From: Syntrophales bacterium
Lineage (GTDB): Bacteria; Desulfobacterota; Syntrophia; Syntrophales; UBA2210
NCBI GenBank assembly: GCA_963666365.2
Contig: CAXXNF010000002.1
Span: forward strand, 800,001 to 864,000
Reading direction: 5' to 3'
DNA: 64,000 nucleotides
Below the pieces are notes generated by a model, which did no database searches, was not told the origin of the DNA, and was given only the letters and a program-made list of their open reading frames with translations. Below, piece by piece: positions 60,911-64,000 of this stretch. The position numbers and the translations under genes were made by a program. The first letter of the stretch is position 1; the number at the start of each line of letters is the position of its first letter.

Positions 60911-62140
60911 CTATCCTTCGGCAGATACCGCCACAGTATAGTGCGCCATCACCCAGCCAAACTCCCCTGACGGCAGTCTCACAAAGAGCCAGTCCGGTGC
61001 GGTTCCATGGATTTCCAGCACCATTCCTTGGGGAACCTGAAAAACTATTTCGTGATTCATTCCGGGTCCTGACCGCACATTCAGGATAGAAGGCGTCACG
61101 GTGACCTTGCTGACTGCGGGTACCGCGGCTTGTGTATCCAGTGAAGACTCTGTCTGTGCTTCATAAGGAGGATCCACTACCTTGTATCCGCCGGGGGCTT
61201 CTGCATAATAGGCGTTTCCGAAATAATAATACTGGATGCCGTTGAAACGGAATGTGACAAATCCGGCGGGCAGTTCCGCAATCACGGCGCCGACGGGAGG
61301 AGGCACAATAACATATCGGTCCTCATCGTGCCGATAGTATAATCCTCGGTAATAGTAATAGTCCAGACCATCGACGAGCAAAAAGGTGAACCCGAGAGGA
61401 AGCAGCGGCCTGATATACGAACGGGAGTAATAGCGCACGACCGGTCGAGGTCCGTGATAGCGCACTATCGGATAAGGGGCGTAACGGCCGGTGGTCGGTC
61501 GCGGAAACCGACGTTGCACTGCCGGCGGTGAAACATGACGCGGCGGAGTGTGTCGCGGCACATTGGGGCGCACACCGGCACGGGGAGACCGTTCGTCTCT
61601 GCCGGGTCGCGAAGGCCCTTGGCGCACTGCCGACGGAGGTGCATGGCGAGGCCTGTCGGGCGGCGGCGCATTGGGGCGCACCTCGGCACGGGGAGTCTGG
61701 TCGCCCCTGCCGGGCCGTGAAGGACCCTGACGCACCGCCGGTGGAGATACATGGCGAGGCGGATCGGGCCGCGGCGCATTGGGGCGCAAGTCTACACGGG
61801 GAGACTGATCTCCCCTGCCGGGCCGTGAAGGTCCCTGCTGCACCGCCGGCGGAGACACATGACGAGGCGGGTCGGGCCGCGGCACATTGGGCGTCACGTC
61901 TGCGAGGGAAGACTGGTCGCCCCTGCCGGAATGCGAAGGCCCCTGGCGCACCTCAGATCGTGAATTTGTCGTATGCATGGTGGAATGCGAAGGGTGCTGA
62001 ATGCCCATCGCTCGCGGCGACGGGTGCCTTGAAGCCGCCGAAACGGATGCAACCGGCACGAGGACACTGCACAGACACAGCACTATCGCTGCTGTTACTG
62101 AAACCATCGTTCCGCAGTCGCTGTGCTTATTTCTTTTCAT
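60911..62140 (-). CDS. Secreted Pro/Arg-repeat protein with Tyr-rich DUF6515-like domain and C-terminal SH3b domain
   Basis: Signal peptide; 4x36-aa repeats; YYYYRGLYY...PPPVGA; LNVRSGPG...W..V....GWV SH3b motif. Confidence 0.8.
   Translation of the reverse strand: MKRNKHSDCGTMVSVTAAIVLCLCSVLVPVASVSAASRHPSPRAMGIQHPSHSTMHTTNSRSEVRQGPSHSGRGDQSSLADVTPNVPRPDPPRHVSPPAVQQGPSRPGRGDQSPRVDLRPNAPRPDPPRHVSPPAVRQGPSRPGRGDQTPRAEVRPNAPPPDRPRHAPPSAVRQGPSRPGRDERSPRAGVRPNVPRHTPPRHVSPPAVQRRFPRPTTGRYAPYPIVRYHGPRPVVRYYSRSYIRPLLPLGFTFLLVDGLDYYYYRGLYYRHDEDRYVIVPPPVGAVIAELPAGFVTFRFNGIQYYYFGNAYYAEAPGGYKVVDPPYEAQTESSLDTQAAVPAVSKVTVTPSILNVRSGPGMNHEIVFQVPQGMVLEIHGTAPDWLFVRLPSGEFGWVMAHYTVAVSAEG
61520..61951 (-). repeat. 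Four tandem 108-bp in-frame repeats
   Basis: Unit VRQGPSRPGRGDQSPRxxxRPNAPRPDPPRHVSPPA repeated four times. Confidence 0.9.
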
Positions 62141-62376
62141 TGATCAAACCCCTTTTTTCCTGTCATCAATTATACAGTCGTCTCGACGGCACAAAAGGAT
62201 ACAAAGAATTTTTATGAGCTGAGCACGCTGTTGTCGCAACATTATTGTCAACAAGGAGTCTGATGAGTGGAAAGCGTTTCCCCGGCACAAAAGCCCGGCA
62301 TAAAACAGTTGACGACACCTAACGACGCGTATATCTTAAGGACCGGGACTGCCAATAACAAGCTGAAAGGAACTGA

Positions 62377-62742
62377 ATGATGCCCTTCATTATGCCGACG
62401 CAGGAACAATTTAAGAAACTCATGTCCCAATCGTATACAGGTCCTATCGTGATGGTAAACCTGTTAAAGTTCAAACCGAACGGTGGCGCTGAATCATATC
62501 GAAAATATATAGAAATAACCAGCGCTCTTATGTTGGGAAAGAAGATTACGCGCATCGTATATCGAGGCGACGGGCTTATGCCGGTAATTGGCGATGAAGA
62601 ATGGGACTCCATTGCCCTTTACGAATATCCCTCCATCAACGCATTTATCGAAATGAACAAAGACAAAGACTATCAGAACGCCGTCCGCTACCGCACGGAG
62701 GGCCTGGAAGATTCCCGGCTCTATTGCACCATTCCGGAATGA
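62377..62742 (+). CDS. DUF1330-like protein
   Basis: PIVMVNLLKFK, WD....EYPS..AF..M, R..GLE. Confidence 0.75.
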   Translation: MMPFIMPTQEQFKKLMSQSYTGPIVMVNLLKFKPNGGAESYRKYIEITSALMLGKKITRIVYRGDGLMPVIGDEEWDSIALYEYPSINAFIEMNKDKDYQNAVRYRTEGLEDSRLYCTIPE

Positions 62743-62774
62743 TGACGTAACAGGAAAAATTCACAGACCAGAAA

Positions 62775-62806
62775 TTATGGGGATTTACTCGTTTAATTCC
62801 CCATAA
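62775..62806. terminator. Hairpin between the two DUF1330-like genes
   Basis: TTATGGGGA-N14-TCCCCATAA inverted repeat. Confidence 0.5.
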
Positions 62807-62855
62807 AAATCCGTTCCACCGGATAGAGAACTATTGCCATATAAAAGGAAGCCAC

Positions 62856-63245
62856 ATGAGCCCGATAGTGGAAAATGAAGATCAAATCAGAGAATTCGAT
62901 GAAAGTTCCAACGAAAATCCCGTCGTTATGCTGAATCTCTTAAAATTCAAGCCCGACGGGGGGATCGACTCCTACGCCCAGTACTCCAAACACGTAGTGC
63001 CTTTTTTGCAGAAATATGGGGCCGAAATGATCTTTCTCGGAAAAGCCAAAGAGTTGCTCCATGGAACCGAACCATGGGATGCCGTGATGCTCGTCCGGTA
63101 CCCCTCCCGCAAAGCCCTTACACAAATGGGGGATGACCTCGGATTTCAGGAAGTTCACACACACCGTGAAGCGGGCCTGGAGCGGGCTGTTCTGCTGGCC
63201 GTAGATGAAATGAGCGTGAAAGACCTGTTTTTCAACAAGAAATAG
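62856..63245 (+). CDS. DUF1330-like protein (paralog)
   Basis: PVVMLNLLKFK, WDAVMLVRYPS, HREAGLE. Confidence 0.8.
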   Translation: MSPIVENEDQIREFDESSNENPVVMLNLLKFKPDGGIDSYAQYSKHVVPFLQKYGAEMIFLGKAKELLHGTEPWDAVMLVRYPSRKALTQMGDDLGFQEVHTHREAGLERAVLLAVDEMSVKDLFFNKK

Positions 63246-63321
63246 ACGAAGGAATCCAATCATGGAATAAGGGGGCATGCATCTCAGCATAAACCCTTTC
63301 ATTCCAGTATCCCCGCTTCTG

Positions 63322-63540
63322 TCAGATTCCAAGGTCGTCTATGGTCTTCCAGAGGATGACCTCGCCGCCGAAAGGATGATCCGACGATTCACCAATAGAA
63401 GGTCAGCCGTTCCGTCACGGCTGCATCGAGATCAGGCGAAAGGCTCTCCGGAAGCGTCACCACTTCCAGGAAGGATTCAACCTTGTAAGCCTGCACGGTA
63501 GGCCACCTGTCCATGTCGCCTGAATAGCTGATGGATTTCT
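63322..63540 (-). pseudogene. Probable frameshifted gene remnant of unknown family
   Basis: SISYSGDMDRWPTVQAYKVE...TFYW continues as ESSDHPFGGEVILWKTIDDLGI* if one base is removed; coding-like GC-ending codons; no convincing start. Confidence 0.35.
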
Positions 63541-63731
63541 GCGAGAAAACGCGCCTTGCGTTCGAACGTTTTTTTCGGTCAGCGAACACTCACACACATG
63601 ACAGGCATTTCAGTAAAAAGATAAGGAAATAAAACTATTCCTCTTTCGCCTGAATTCATGTATGCTTCGATGCATACTGTCCCATACATTCATTTCCCCC
63701 TGGTGGGCATTGACATGTACACGTTGAATCT

Positions 63732-64000
63732 ATGAAATCTCACAGCCACGCACCACAGGAACCACTGTCAAAAAAAGTTATCCGCGGCGGAATGTGGGTG
63801 TTCGGACTGCGGGGCATTAACCGCGTTCTTGGCCTGATAAGAACCATCATTCTCGCGAGACTGCTGGCACCGTCTGATTTCGGCCTCCTGGGTATCGCGA
63901 TGCTGGCCATCGCTACGTTGGAGACCTTTTCTCAAACGGGATTTAATGCCGCTTTAATACAAAAAAAAGATAATGTTGAATCATATCTGGATACCGCCTG
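63732..64000 (+). CDS. Polysaccharide flippase (Wzx/WzxC-like), N-terminal part
   Basis: Manual translation MKSHSHAPQEPLSKKVIRGGMW...ILARLLAPSDFGLLG...GFNAALIQKK...YLDTA. Confidence 0.88.
   Translation, partial: MKSHSHAPQEPLSKKVIRGGMWVFGLRGINRVLGLIRTIILARLLAPSDFGLLGIAMLAIATLETFSQTGFNAALIQKKDNVESYLDTA

Noticed and set aside
61520..61951. Possible CRISPR or non-coding repeat array
   Set aside because: 108-bp units are in frame within a signal-peptide-bearing CDS and lack unique spacers.

Overview
Chromosomal segment of an anaerobic Gram-negative bacterium. Gene content and order suggest Desulfobacterota, probably Syntrophales-like; this is inferred, not searched. (1) 1-16.9 kb, minus strand: coaBC, family-4 UDG, nfeD-stomatin pair, small membrane protein and MtnX-like HAD phosphatase, then a multisubunit Mrp/Mnh Na+/H+ antiporter cluster interrupted by a signalling cassette (Rossmann-PAS-GAF histidine kinase, hybrid kinase, single-domain receiver, two USPs). 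(2) 17-33 kb: M23 peptidase, the xerD-TPR-kdsA-kdsC-lptCAB-rpoN-hpf-ptsN-hprK-rapZ block, a decayed REP-associated tyrosine transposase fragment, and pilS-pilR-pilA with a clear sigma54 promoter and an aromatic-rich pilin. (3) 33-42 kb: comEC, hisS, aspS, UvrD-family helicase, adk. (4) 42.7-63.3 kb, accessory catabolic region: CUT1 ABC transporter, Fe-ADH, GabT-like aminotransferase, M20 deacylase, NCS2 permease, a REP/MITE-like element, one glycyl-radical activase followed by two paralogous glycyl radical enzymes with unusual GCYE/GCNE Cys loops, a riboswitch-like attenuator ahead of an acyl-CoA ligase, a Pro/Arg-repeat SH3 protein and two DUF1330-like genes. The window ends in a Wzx flippase. 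No rRNA, tRNA or CRISPR array was seen. The best candidates for undescribed biology are the twin-GRE operon with its neighbouring amine-catabolism genes, the structured leader at 58925-59115 and the sensor-interrupted Mrp operon.
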